Positions 11,500 to 25,730 of a stretch of DNA of 64,000 bases are shown here, piece by piece (within the stretch, counting starts at the first letter, position 1; each line of letters begins with the position of its first letter). The DNA comes from Octopus vulgaris. Taxonomy: Eukaryota. The stretch spans positions 15,872,001 through 15,936,000 of the forward strand of contig OX597822.1 of assembly GCA_951406725.2 (NCBI GenBank), written 5' to 3'. The notes under the pieces were generated by a model, which searched no databases, was not told the DNA's origin, and saw only the letters and a program-made list of their open reading frames with translations. The translations under genes and the position numbers were made by a program.

Positions 11500-12370
11500 T
11501 AGAAAAATTTTATGGGGTTTGCCAAGCAAGGGACAAAATACTACAACCGCGCTCCGGACCCGATACAATAGAAGTCCCTAATTAACCGACAAAACACATA
11601 GACCCTAAAATTTATCTAATAGAGACGTCAAGGAAATGAAATGAGTCTCTTAATAAAAGGTTTCAAATTTACGTCGATACCCACTCCGAAATTTATAGAA
11701 ATAAAAACCGATATTGAGAACTTCGACCGCCACCTCAGTCTTATAGAATTCTTCGACAATAAGAAAGTTGAGGACGAATCAATCGTAAGAAAAAATCTCA
11801 TTTCATCCCTTACAAGGGGACAATAAACACCTAGGTACATATATAGGAACAATCTCGAAATTCCCTCTCAGAACCTTCATGATAGAGAAAAGAAATCGTT
11901 ACAAAGACTTTACAAAGACTAAAGAATGATAATTCAATCATCCTAAAGGAAGCCGACAAGGGTGAGACGACAGTATACATATAAACTTCACCTTAACTGG
12001 TTTCATTTTATATGCTGGCCACAGATAATTTTTTAAAAAGTTTTAACCTCTGTTAAATGTATTCATTCCAGGACGGCATAGCTACTTAACTGCTATGGCG
12101 ATCAGATACACATGTTGAGGCAGGCTACGAAATTTCTTTCGGAGATATATGGGGTTTTTATGCGTATTTGTTGCTTTGCGTTTTGCTTTCCTGTGAGTAT
12201 ATATAGATATTTCATTTATTTCTATTAGTGTGTTCTGCTGAAGAAGGGAGATCCTTTAGGCAAACCCAGCAGTTAGTCTAATACAGAACTATCTACTTTA
12301 TTAAAAATTTCCGTTACTTTGCTCCACCGAATTTAACACGTATGCTTGTGACATTTTGACTTCTTTGATA
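11500..12370 (+). mobile_element. Penelope-like element remnant (N-terminal RT region plus terminal-repeat-like tail)
   Basis: SLLIKGFKFTSIPTP..IKTDIENFDRHLSLIEFF and ILKEADKGETTV (PLE DKG motif, ~11940-11975); CTGAAGA half-core at 12238. Confidence 0.75.
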
Positions 12371-13194
12371 TGTTTGTATGTATATGTTTATCGCCATATC
12401 AATATGGCTCTTCGAATTTTCTACAGTTTTATATAGCCAGGAAGATCTTTCTTCGGCTGGTTATCGAGGCGGGCTGCACCCGGTATGTATTGCAAGCAGG
12501 AGATCATGGATGGATGTTAATATCTCTCAATATCTATCGATCTATATGTGTGTGTCTGTGAGTGTGTATGTGGACATTACGTTTGTTTTGTGCATTTCCG
12601 CGCAAAATGTGTGTCCTTGCTAGGGCAGAGCTTTTATCATTACATTTTCCCATGGCTCAGATGAGTAGCATTTGGTGAGGGAGATCGATACTACGGCCTT
12701 GTTTTGAACTTCTTGCCTTGACGTAGGTGGATCTTGGAACCTAGAAAGCAGAAGATCACGGTAATACGTGACAACATTTACTCTCCCCCTCCGTGTAGTA
12801 TGAATATGTGTGGTGTGTATATAAATATATATACACAGATTAATAGATAGATAAATATCAAATAAATATAACGCAGAATTTCAATCGATATAATACGAAC
12901 ATTAGAGTATTACTTAGATATTTCTATATTATTAATATGGAGTTATCGTAAAATTTCACTCTGAGTAATAATATCAATATAACCGTAGGATTTAAATATC
13001 AGTAATGTGAATAAAACGTAAAATTCACTTTACTGGCATTAATGCTTTTGGTGGGTGTGTGGAATTATGCAATTTATATAGAAATAACCATTAAATTTAA
13101 CAATATCATCCAAAATATTCAATTGATTAATATTATAAAGCATATTTGTTTAACATTCCCGTATTTCCGTTGTATGCCAGTTACATGAAAATGG

Positions 13195-13206
13195 TTATTA
13201 TTATTA

Positions 13207-13243
<37 letters not shown>

Positions 13244-13275
13244 CATTATTATTATTATTATCATTATTATTATTA
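13195..13275. repeat. (ATT)n microsatellite
   Basis: Direct reading. Confidence 0.95.
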
Positions 13276-15562
13276 ACACTGCTACTACTGTTTATTTATT
13301 TATTAATTTATATATTTATGTATTTGCTATCACTATCTTTCAGAAGAACAGCAGGGGTGCCACTATTAATATATATGGATCGATCGTAAAAAATATAAAA
13401 CCTATTACAGAGAAAAGAGGGAACACATGGAACAATATTTTTTTCTTTAAAAAAAAGAAACTTGCATTCTATGATTATCTGGAAACTTTTTTTTGTAGTA
13501 TTGGAAAATATTTCTTTATCTATTTCTCTCGCTATACGTGTGTGTATATACATATATACACATAAGCATTATATATATATATGTGTGTGTGTGCATGTAC
13601 AGAGAGAGGAAGAGAGAGGGAGAAAATCACAAGGTATAGCTTCGTTTCATGCTATTTATTTTAACACTGGGCATGATATATATATATGTGTATGTGTGTG
13701 TATATATTCCTGAGAGTAATATGAAATACCCATTATCAATTGAACATATATTGATAATGTTAGAGCTTACATTCAAAGCCTGACTGAGAGGAGCTGAAAA
13801 ATAGCGGACAAAACGATAAATCCATATTTCAGAAGAATATTAGGAAATACGAATGCCTGTTTGCTTTTGGAAATAAATAAAAAAGTGTTCGAAAATGCAT
13901 ATTAGAATTTACGTATCTGGTAAAAGAACAAGAGATCTAAGATTATTTCACGAGAAATAATCACGTGTTAGATCCATACGCAACAAATATATTCACCCTT
14001 TGAACATAAAATCAAACAAAACGGCAATCCAATTTATGTACAAAACATAGAGTACTTGCTGCTATGAAATGAATATTAGACACTAAAATAATGTGATTTT
14101 TAGCTGTGTTAAAAGTAACCCTTCACGTGATATCGTGTTCTTTTGTGTCTCTGCCAATCCCCATTGACCTGTCATATGACCGAATGAATTTAAGATGTTC
14201 CTAGTTTGCCATTTTAGAGATTGTTGATCTACATGTTGAATATGTCATCTTGAGGAGTAACCAGTGGAAGATTTGCTTATTATTTCTAACCAGTCGATAT
14301 ACCATCGAGATGCCCCTTCGATGTGACATAAAATGTAGTTAAGTCGATATCAGGCCTGACCATATATATTCACTCACTAACGATACCATTTTCTTTTTGT
14401 ACCCGAGGAAATTAAGACTGCCTTCTCTAATGTTTCCCTTTAGGTTTTTAAATACAGTTCGATGGCTCATTTTCTTCGGCTGCTACTTCCGGCTGTGAAT
14501 GATACCACATATGGGGCTGCAGTTAGCGATCGTATTCTTCGGCTGCTACATCTAGTTGTACCACATAGAATAGCACTTACCCATCGTTTAGTCACATGCT
14601 TTATTCGATGGTGGTATATGTGCAAATTCTTGATCATATTTATTAATTTCGAAAGATACTAAATGAACAAATGTGTGAATATCATCGTGACAATAATATT
14701 CAATGTAACATAGATTCCAATAACATAAAGTATAATATGATATTACTGATTATTGTTAAATGATGGCGTGGCAGTGAAAAACTATCGTAACATTTACAAA
14801 ATGATTCTGTTTGTGCAGTTCTGTCTGGTTGCTATAATTGCTCTGTAGATTTGAGTTTATGTTCCGATATCAAGGTGTATTGCTTAATGAAGTATTGGAA
14901 AAATAATTAACTCAATGAAGGAAATGAAACAACGTACACGCAAATAATATTTCACGTTTACACTAACGATGCGAACACTTTTTTGATAAATTGTATCGCA
15001 TTTGGCTAAGAATGTTGTTGTTTAATTGGTTCTGATCGAGAATAAGCATGTTTATTAAATTTCTGAGGAGGAGAATGGCCGGAGAATATATATCTTAAGG
15101 TCCTTTAATCTTGAAGAAATCACAATTTTTGACGAAGTTTCTATCTTTCACGATATATAGGGGTCGGGGTTAAACATACATATATATTTACATATGTCTG
15201 CACGTATTTTTTATCCTTTTATTCTGTTATGCCAAAGGCTATGGTCATGTTGTGTGTATATATATATATAATCTTTATAAGAAATTATCAAGAAGTTAGC
15301 GTGAAAAACCTCAAAAGGGAAAAATTCATTAATTATTGTCTTTAAATGTATTTATTTATATTAAGGTCATTACTCATTACTAAACAGGAATATATATTCA
15401 GTGCTGAATTTCATTCTGAATAAACACGTGTACCGAGATGCCATTCGAAAAGCCCGCCTCTTACATAGATATATAAGAGTGAACAATTCTATGTACTATG
15501 CTGGATATATTTTGGTGTTCGTCTGGTAAGTTGATATTTTATTCATTTTTATGCATGCACTG

Positions 15563-15966
15563 ACTCTTTTACTCTTTTACTTGTTTCAGTCATTTGACTG
15601 CGGCCATGCTGGGGCACCGCCTTTAGTCGAGCAAATCGAACCCAGACTTATTCTTTGTAAGCCCAGTACTTATTATATCGGTCTCTTTTGCCGAACCGCT
15701 AAGTTACGGTGACGTAAACACACCAGCATTGGTTGACAAGCGATGTTGGGGGGACAAACACAGGCACACAAGTATATACACACATATAAATATACATATA
15801 TACGACGGGCTTCTTTCAGTTTCCGTCTACCAAATCCACTCACAAGGCTTTGGTCGACCCGAGGCTATAGTAGAAGACACTTGCCCAAGGTGCCACGCAG
15901 TGGGACTGAACCCGGAACCTTGTGGTTGGTAAACAAGCTACTTACCACACAGCCACTCCTACGCCT
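15563..15966 (-). mobile_element. tRNA-derived SINE, family A, full length
   Basis: A-box TGGCTGTGTGG, B-box GGTTCAGTCCC, internal TA/TG tract, (AAAAGAGT)n tail; several homologues in the window. Confidence 0.85.
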
Positions 15967-16158
15967 AAAATTACAAAACGCATTTTGTGCACTAATTATG
16001 AAATATAATATGATTTGCAGCGGAATCTTGTTTTTAAAGGGCTCACTTCGAGAGTTGCATTCCCTAATGTTCGGTTCAAAATGTCGTAGTTTATTATGGT
16101 AGTTTTGACTTTAAGAATCCCTCCTAGCGTGAGGGACTTATGTATAGTAATGCCCTTA

Positions 16159-16211
<53 letters not shown>

Positions 16212-16218
<7 letters not shown>

Positions 16219-16577
16219 ATTTGTTAAGGAATAAAAATTCCGGCATAACGGCGGTTCAAATTATTCTCAATGAGGAAATATATATTTTCATTTAGAGATA
16301 GTAGGCCCCTTCACCCCACCATATAAAAGAATCTTAATTTAAATACTTACTACTTATAACTTGGCTACACGTGTTTCTTGAGGGACATTTCCCGGTTCCT
16401 TAACCACGTCTTGTTTTGCTGGAACCTTTCTTAAAATATAACACGGCGTAGTTAAGGAACCGGGAAATGTTCCTCAAGAAACACGTGTAGCCAAGTTATA
16501 AGTAGTAAGTATTTAAATTAAGATTCTCTTAAATGGTGGGATGAAGGGGCCTACTATCTCTAAATGAAAATATATAT
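16212..16577. mobile_element. Tail-out palindromic element between (TA)n runs (arms 16278-16410 / 16445-16577) with a hammerhead-like motif in each arm
   Basis: ~133-bp inverted arms; GGC GTAGTTA A GGAAC..GTTCC TCAA GAAA CACGTG TA GCC at 16445-16492. Confidence 0.8.
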
Positions 16578-17929
16578 ATATATGCATACGCACACTTACC
16601 TGCTTGTGTACAAATATTTATATTCGTAGACTCCCACACTAAAACAGTACGTAGTTTAATTATGAATGAGACAACACTAGAATGATTCCTAAGCTGTTTG
16701 TATTGCATTTCATTGTAAAATCTTTGTTTGAATATTTAGTATGTGAATTCCAGTAACATGTGGTCGGCACAGGGTTAAGAGAAATCTGAACATTTGCAGC
16801 ATCACTTGTTTCTTATCTGTATCTGCTATTGGATTTGCAGGTAAACAAAGTAACAACTCAAACAGTTCCAAAACGGTTCTAATCCATTCGCAAAGGTTAA
16901 TCACTGCTTATGCCACATTCACTACATTAGTCACTCACTGAATACAAGAGCTTCAGCAGCAGACGCAAGACTTCCGGAAACATGAGATGGATTCTTCGTA
17001 CTACTCGCACAAAGTAGAAAATAGTCGACGCACATTCACAATATATACAAAATGTCCAGAAAACAAAGTTGTTTGCTTTTTAACATGGTCTGCAATATCT
17101 CTCACTTTCTAATTGATAACTGATATGCGTTTGTTTTTACCAAAACTCTATCTACTAGTTTTTTTAAGGCGCTATTGCCGACTGCAGTATAGAAAATCGT
17201 ACTACATATTCTATCGGTTATGTTTGCAAATTTCCCAACTCACCTTCCACACATACATAGAGACACATGCAAGCACGGTAATACAAGTAATTTCGGAGAC
17301 ATTTAAGTGTTTGCCCAAGCACACATCCACTACAGCTAACATTTGAAAATGTTTCTACCTTAGTCAATATGGTGTGTATATGAATGTTATTCTACAATCA
17401 GAAATAAAATATAAGAACTTTTCACCCTCAGTTATTACTTAACACGGATGACTTGGGTCAGTATGCATCATTTCTCTGTAAAGACACTCATAAGATACGA
17501 CAGCTACTCGACTATTAATCGCACTTTCAGCATGTCACTTTCCCCATTGCTTGAAATATGCTGAACATGTGACCCCGGGTACGACAAATTGAACTCCTTT
17601 CTGTGTTGACTATAACAACTACTTTGTTCCTTCAGCAGAATAACCCAGCTGAACCACTCCTATAATATATCCTGTCAAAGGGCCTCTCTCTCTCTCTCTC
17701 TCTCTCACTCTCTTTTCACCTCTCTCTCCTCCTCATTATCCTATGCGATTCAGTAAAGAAATCTATTTGGATAACTAAGTCAAAAATGGTTATTCTTGTC
17801 AGAGAAGAAATAGTAGCATATAATAGGCAATTTCAGTTTCCACGGTTCTTTTTCTTTACTTTCTTTTCCATTTTTGGCAAAAGATGCACGAATATCTATC
17901 ACATGGTTTAAGCGCATGCACACGTGCAT

Positions 17930-17991
<62 letters not shown>

Positions 17992-17994
<3 letters not shown>

Positions 17995-18152
17995 GTTAAT
18001 CCAAATAAACGAAGAAAAATCACAGGAAAAAGAATAACGCGAGAACGTGGTAAATGTAAAGTATTAGCAAAAGCTCAGAGAAGGAAAGAAAAGTAGTTTT
18101 ACGTTTCTAGCAAAGCTCTTCATCAGAAACAGGAGACAGAGGTAAGTCCAAG
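17992..18152 (-). mobile_element. Short hammerhead-bearing element with 3' end in (TA)n
   Basis: Homologous to the 32751-32915, 33730-33846 and 54372-54530 copies. Confidence 0.8.
18096..18130 (-). ncRNA. Minimal type-I hammerhead motif
   Basis: GTTT CTGATGA A GAGC TTT GCTA GAAA C GTA AAAC (one stem II mismatch). Confidence 0.7.
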
Positions 18153-18198
18153 TCGCCAACGATCCGTATGCAGTTACATTTATATATGTGTGTGTGTG

Positions 18199-18259
<61 letters not shown>

Positions 18260-18320
18260 GTGAATATATATATGTGGGGCAGGGTGATATTACTATATAT
18301 GTATATGTCTATGTGTTTAT

Positions 18321-18635
18321 GAAGACGCATGGCTCAGTGGTTAGAGCGTCGAGCTTACGGTCGTGAGGTTGTGAGTTCGATTCCCGGACCGGGCTGCGTG
18401 CTGTGTTCTTCAGCAAGACATTTTATGTCAGCTGTAGAAATAAGTTGCGACATCACTGATGCCAATCTGTATCGCCTTTGCCTTTCCCTTGGATAACATC
18501 CGTGTTACGGAGAGGGGAGGCCACTATGTATGGGCAACTGCTAGACTTCCACAAACAACCTTGCCTATACTTATGCCTCGGAGGGTAACTTTCTAGGTGT
18601 AATCCGATGGTCGTTCATGACCGAAGGCGGTTTCC
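18321..18635 (+). mobile_element. tRNA-derived SINE, family B
   Basis: A-box TGGCTCAGTGG, B-box GTTCGATTC; homologue at 48923-49252. Confidence 0.85.
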
Positions 18636-19300
18636 TCCTCCATGTATATTTATATTTATATATTGTTTATGCGTAATTAGAGCATTAGTTATGTACCATG
18701 TTTGGATATAAATAGTCACTGCATTTTATAATACATCTTGAAAATACGAATGTATTTTCTTCATATATTTCGACAGTAACCCCTTCCTTAAACTGTAAAT
18801 ACACAATTCTCTGAATATTGAAAATTACATTAATAATGGCAGAGTTTATAAAGTTCAAATAATTACCGGTTTGCGCCGAGACATTTCTTTCTAGAATTAC
18901 TTTTGCAATTGCTCTCGAAACCACATATAGGAAACTTTAATGAATTTTCAATGAAATTCAATTTTTAAAGATGTTATAATGTTAAAGGCTAAAAGCTTTC
19001 TTAAATACATAAATCCCAATAGATCGTTTAAAAGATTATTTCAGAAAATATGGTTGCTTGTTAAAGTAAAAGAATTGCCACGGAAAAATAAATAATTTTG
19101 AAAATAGCGTACAAGTTTATAGAATTCAAATTATTTAATGTAATATAACACATTAATTTAAATAACTCTAAAACATTTACTCAGTCACTCAATCATTTGT
19201 TTGTGCCAACCTCTACAATCATATGCTTTTAAACATACACCACGCTTACAGATGTATGTATGTATGTATGTATGTACGTATGTATGTATATATGTATGTA

Positions 19301-19344
<44 letters not shown>

Positions 19345-20272
19345 CACACAGTCACACACCATATGAATGTATGTTTCTTCTCTCTTTCTCTCTCACACAC
19401 TAACTCACATGAATACCTTCATGTACACATTCACACGTGTGTGTGTCTGTATGTCCGTGTGTTGAATATGCAGCCATTTGAAAGACTATGCTAGACGTCC
19501 ATCGGTTTGGGTTGCAGTAATCGTTCTTTCTGTCACCATTCTCTATTCAAAAATCTCCGATTCTAAACAAGCCTTTCCTTTTAAGAACCAGAACGTGAAG
19601 GGACACATTTCCTTATCACTCTTCTCTTTCGCATTTCTCCCTCTACTATAATCCCCTTCTGCTCCCCTCCCCGATATGGTCACCTAACCGTTTCCTCCGT
19701 ATAGCTACATGCAGGAGCAGGTTATTCCCTGTGTTACTGAACTTTGGTCAGAAGGGTACAAAGAATAGCACTTCTAGATCTGTTATTTAAAATGTCTAAT
19801 TCTTACATGTATACGATACATTAGTTGTTATATGTTTATATATAAATATGTGTGTGGGGGTTTTTGGTTTTTTGTGTGTGTACCTCTGTATGTATATTCA
19901 TATACACACATACAATAAACAGCATGTATACACACACATATATACGCAGTCCATCTATAGACTTCTTACAAACATAAAGAATATAACTTTGCATATGCAT
20001 TCATGAATGTTGGCTTGCAACATCCTCCTCCGTGTATGTTCATCATAATTATCATCAATACCACTGCATGATAAAGGTCTCTGTCTATCTTATACCTTTT
20101 CTTTATAACCTCCTCTTCCTTCTCCACCTCCTCATCATCATCATTATCAACATTATCATCACTACCACGGCCATCACCAACGTACATACTCTGTCGCCAC
20201 TAACAGTATTGATTTAGCTAAATTCCTATCTTTCTGTATGCCTGCCTACCGATATCTTGAGATCAGGCAGAG

Positions 20273-21352
20273 TAAAATGTAAGCAACGTTTTGAAACATG
20301 AAATTCATCACAATATATTTCAACAACGTGCAAATTTCATTCATCAAAGTAAGTACCATTACAATCAATACACTTTTGCCAACAAGTTACATGTTTGTTT
20401 ACTTCAGTAACATAAAAATATGGAGTTCTGGAGCTAATGGACACTTTCAACGCACTTTCAGCATCGGTTTGATATTTGAATTCCTTCTCTCGCAGGAAAC
20501 CATCAAGGTGCTTGAAAAAGTGGTAGTCGGGTAGGAAAACGTTCAGGGAAATAAGCTAGGTGGGAAAGAACTTCGTAGCCAAATACCCTCAACTTCTGGA
20601 GTGTCATTAGTGAAACGTATGGTCAAGCATTGTCATGAAGAATGATTGGATCTCTTCTGTTGACCAGTCTGGGACGGAGAAGTAGCAGGTTTTCATTCAT
20701 TTTGGCAATTACATGGCAATATGTTTCTGTAGTAATGGTTTTTCTGGGTTTTAAGAAGTTATAGTGGATGAGTCCAGCAGTACACAATCAAGTAGTCACC
20801 ATAATCTTCGGTGCTTCATTTTGGTCCAACCACTGCGAAGAATGTTTTGTATTATTGTACAGAATCCACTTTTCATTGCAAGTTACAATACGGTCAAGAG
20901 ATGGATCTGTCTGGTTACAGAGAAGGAACGACGAACAATTTTCCTATCTGCGCATTTTCTGATTTTCATTCAACTCGCTTGGCACCCAATTGTCAAGCTT
21001 TTTTTGATTTTCTGATCGCATGCAAATGGTTACAGGCACTTTTCTGGCTCATTTGAAGTTTTCTTGTCAGTTCTCGGATGGTTTTACGTGTATCATTCTC
21101 AATGTCAGTCTTTAATTGACCGTCATCGATGACAGATGGGCGTCCACGACGCTCACGATCTTCAAGGTTCAGGTCTCCACTACGAAATTGTTTAAACCAT
21201 TTTCGAGATGACCATTCACTGTTCGTTTCCTCACCAAAAACGTTTCGTTGATATCGCAATCAGTTTCAGCTGCTTTACGTCCTTTTTTGAAGTTGAATAG
21301 CAAAATTGTTCGAATATCGTGCTTTGTCAGTTCCATTTCAGATGATTGTAAC
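20273..21352 (-). mobile_element. Mariner (DD34D-type) transposon with near full-length transposase pseudogene (ATG at 21336)
   Basis: MELTKHDIRTILLFNFKKG, KWFKQFRSGD..GRPS, WVP, IVTCNEKW, LHDNA and DYHFFKHLDGFL motifs. Confidence 0.9.
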
Positions 21353-21357
21353 AACTA

Positions 21358-22950
21358 TTCCTTTATTGCCCACGGGGGGGGGAGCAAACATAGACGGCAC
21401 GATACAAATGAGGGAGGAGGTCGACAAAGCGAATGATTTTTAAAAATTTATATAAATCGGATGATAACAAACAATAGCACATACAATGAAGATCGGGACG
21501 GGTTTAGCTTCAACTCCGCAAGACCCGAGCCACCACTGTAAATTTTGTATACCCTTATAGAAATACTATGTGAGTTCGTTCATTCTCAGCAAACCCGCCA
21601 CAGCCTTCCGTATCTTTTTATATTTATCAGGTGACAGGTATTTTCTCTCCACCCTTATTTTCCTATCAAGGTGGTAAATGAGGAAATTAATCAATCTAAG
21701 GCGGAGATGAAGATGCCTGTCCCGATTCCGTTCACGCCGGTTTTCCATACCACTTCTTTCGCTATTGTGACCACAGCGAGAAAACAAGCCTTGCCTTCTT
21801 TGTTAAAAGAGGCAGGACGAACAATCATTACAATCGACTTGGAAAACAGCTGTACTCTTCCCAGCTGTGACAGCAGGTGTTCAACGTAAACCCATATTTC
21901 AGATATTTGGGGGCGTTGCAAATTCGTGTGCTGAACAGTTTCCTTGTCCTGCTCACATCTTGGGCACATAGATGAAAAAGGGTCACCATACCTTACAAGT
22001 TTATCGCGAACTACTAAAACTCCTCGGTAATACTGCCAGGCCAGATATCCTTTGAAATTATCCAAGGGTCCTAGCCTGAATGTCCTTCGTAACAGGTCGG
22101 CTAGATGACCATCATCGAAGCCTATAGCATCCACCAGGAAGTTTTCGCACTGAGCCTCTACCAACACTATAGAAAGCAGAGGTGGAACCCCGTAGCTGGC
22201 GTTGCCCGTGTGACAGAGAAGTTTGAGTACCTCACAACACTCCACTTGCCAAGCACCCAACTTTGGTCGACACTTGATCCAAGGTCCTAGTTCCCTCAAA
22301 CTAGTAAAGCTAGGAAGTAACGACCGAACGAACGGAGACCACTCCTGTTCACCATCCAGGTAGAGCCACAGATGCCTCAGCGCATGTCTGCGCATCAACA
22401 GCCAAGGCATCCCTAACCCACCCTTCAGCGGATGCTGGCAGTAGACAGAGCGCTATACAAGAGGACTCTAATCCCTCTATAAAAAGTGGAAGAGCAGCCG
22501 CTCCAACTTGATCAGCCACGAATGTGAGCAAGGCACGACGGTTAGGCGGTAGGTAATCACAGAAGCAATAAACACTCCTGCACTCTCCACCCATCCTTTC
22601 AGGGATAGCCGCCACTCAGACCAGGTCTGAGGGGATTCACCCTGCTCGTCACCTCGCTCCAATTCTTCTCTATCTGTAGGTCTGAAACAAACCAAACCCT
22701 TGGCATTTTAACCGGCCCTTCCGTCCAACGCCCTACGACGTTGTTGAGAGGTATCGCCTTGCCTCTCTAGGTGCAGTGTTGCAAGCCAACTGACTTATCT
22801 CGGTTAACTTTTGCTCCTGCCACCGCCTCGTAGCCATTAATGGCTTTGCCTACCCTCTGAAGGTTTACCATCTCGGATATGATGACAGTGATGTCATCCA
22901 CGTACGCCAAACATTCCTACTGCAACTTAGATGGCGTAGGACACCGTTCA
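21358..22950 (-). mobile_element. 5'-truncated Tx1/L1-clade LINE (ORF2 RT C-terminal half, zinc finger, 3' UTR)
   Basis: AYVDDITVII at ~22875-22907, YEAVAGAKVNRDKS, LSLKG, CPRC..ETVQH; 3' end GTGGGCAATAAAG; possible TSD tattcctt. Confidence 0.85.
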
Positions 22951-23033
22951 ATCCGCGCCTTTATTATTCCTTAAATATTCTTTTGTCCCCACTCGCAGCT
23001 CTTCTATGTATTTATAACAAGCAACCTCTAAAC

Positions 23034-23245
23034 TACTTTTTATCGTTTTATTTGTTCTATTGATTTGACTCCGGCTGGAGCTCCGCTTTTGTTCCAACAA
23101 ATCGACCCCAGGACTTCTTCTTTGTAATCATAGTACTTATTCTATAGGTCACATTTGCCGAATCGCTAAGTTACTGGAACTTAAACACACCAACACCCGT
23201 TGCCATGCAATGATGGATAGGCACAAACACAGACACACAAATATA

Positions 23246-23322
<77 letters not shown>

Positions 23323-23440
23323 CGCGCTTCATTCAGTTTCAATCTACCAGATCCGCTCACAAGGGTTTGGTCAGCCCGAGGCTGTAATAGAAGACACTTC
23401 CCCAAGTTCCCATGCAGTGGGACTGAACCCAGAAGCAAGA
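23034..23440 (-). mobile_element. SINE family A copy
   Basis: Collinear with 15563-15966; expanded internal (CT)n/(TA)n. Confidence 0.85.
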
Positions 23441-25199
23441 TGTGTGGTAAGAAACAAGCCTGTAATTTTTTTTTATATTTATATTTTTCCTTTTTGTTTT
23501 TCCTTATTTTATACTTTCTCCTAACCTTATCATCTCCCTACGCCTTCGTTCTGCACATGAGCATACTCAGGTGCGCGCATGCACACCTACAAGATACTAC
23601 AGGCGTACGGGAAAAATCCGCGCGAGTGCGCTAATATGTGCTTGTTTAGTCTTACTGTTTAGCGACAAACTACCAATTACATAGAACTATTTTGTTCCCT
23701 ATCGGCCAGAAACATTTTTTCACACACCCCTCTCTTCTAATAAATTCAAATTAATAATAATAACAATAATAATAATAATAATAATAATAATAGTAATAAT
23801 AATATTATTGTTGTTGTTGTTACACGCATACACATATATATATTTATATATACTTATCTATCAATTAAGCAAACACATGTATTCATGTATATACACATAC
23901 ATGAATCGTTATGCAGTGGGACATGTCGGAGAATGCATCAGTTTTGCAAGCATAACGGTTATTTACCGGGCATATCTCGGTTGCTATCGGAACCAAACCT
24001 CTGTTCAGCTGAACCCAGTGCATATGTACGTATTCTGTTTTCTTTCTGATATTATGGCCATAGTCTTTCGATTGAGATCTTGCGTGAAAGCAAACCTATA
24101 AATATATAATTAATTCTATTAATTAGTTAGCCTACCTTCCTGTGGTTGTCAAGGTTTTATGCCATTCAGTCCTCTTTCAAATCTTGGCGATTTATAAACG
24201 CTTCTGCCTATGTTTTGAAAACAAGATCCACAGAAGAATACGTTAATTGAACCACAAATAGTTTTGTGCAGCGGTATATTATTCGTATTTTGTTAAACTA
24301 TTCTACAGAGCGTGTGCTCTATTTTCTTTTTATTTGCATTAAAGGGTGCCCTTATGACAAATATTTACGGAAAGTATTTAAAAAGGCAAGAATGTGTATA
24401 TCAAAATTATATTGTTTCTTGAACAAATCATAAATTATATAGCTTCCACTGTGAGTTTACAATACTTAGAAAAGAACTTTATCGCAACGGTGATAAAACA
24501 CCCGTTTTTCAAAACACGTGTGACACTATTTTGCGGTTTTCTTAGCTTTAGTAATTTATTACATTGGTATAAGATGAATCTAATATATGTTTGAGTTTAG
24601 GTGTAAATATACGTATTAAATTTGGACCAAAGTATTATTATAAGTTTTCGGTATTAAAACCTGTAAAAATAAATCGGTGCCTGCTGTGAGCATGTACTTT
24701 AAAGAGTGATGTAAATATATGCGTCAAGCATGACTGGATAATAAAATGTGAAATTTGCTGTCAATATGCTGTACTGATGCCTGGCGTTGTCCAAACTTTG
24801 AGACCTGTATTATGTAGTAATATAAAAGAAATACGAGAACACTAGTTGCCTTGTGAGTTAGTTCTTTATGTGACATTCGAAATATGTTCATATTTCACCA
24901 ATGTGACATCTCTCTGATCTTTACCTCAGTTTCATAGTGAATTCTTCATAGGAATTATAGTATCAATATATTGTGATCATTAATCTAAATCGTGTTTCAA
25001 TTGCAAATATTGTAAACAAGCATCATTTATATATTTTCTAAAGAATTGAAAGTTTACACAGGAAGGCCATTATAACATCGTTTGCAACTTACAATTTATG
25101 GACATTTCGATTTACAATTACAATTTCATATTTTTCTTATTTTGTTTGCTGTATTGGACTGTTGCTATAAGAGATTTATACCGATATTTTTCTTTTACA

Positions 25200-25215
25200 T
25201 TACACATAAACACAT

Positions 25216-25264
<49 letters not shown>

Positions 25265-25359
25265 CACACATAGGTAGATAGATATAGATGTAGATGTACC
25301 TATACATGTATATAGATATATACATATGTATATATACTATCATACACACACACATATAT

Positions 25360-25399
<40 letters not shown>

Positions 25400-25483
25400 G
25401 TATGTGTGTGTATGTATAAATCTATATGTATATCTATATCTATCTATATATATATAGATAGATGGATAGATAGATAGATATAC

Positions 25484-25536
<53 letters not shown>

Positions 25537-25638
25537 AGAATAAATCTACATGTATATGTATAAATCTATGTATATATATATATATATGCATATATAGGTA
25601 TATATATATATATATATATATGCATATATATATCTATG

Positions 25639-25669
<31 letters not shown>

Positions 25670-25730
25670 ATGTATATATATATATATATATATCTGCACA
25701 CATACATATATGTGTGTGTGCCTGTGCGTA
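25200..25730. repeat. Compound (CA)/(TA)/(TG)/(GATA) microsatellite block
   Basis: Direct reading. Confidence 0.95.

Noticed and set aside
15270-15540. Possible further terminal-repeat element with ATTCAG/CTGAAT stem and AAACACGTGTA
   Set aside because: 5' catalytic core not recognisable and no second copy in the window.
18325-18400. tRNA gene
   Set aside because: A and B boxes continue into a SINE body shared with 48923; no proper acceptor stem seen.
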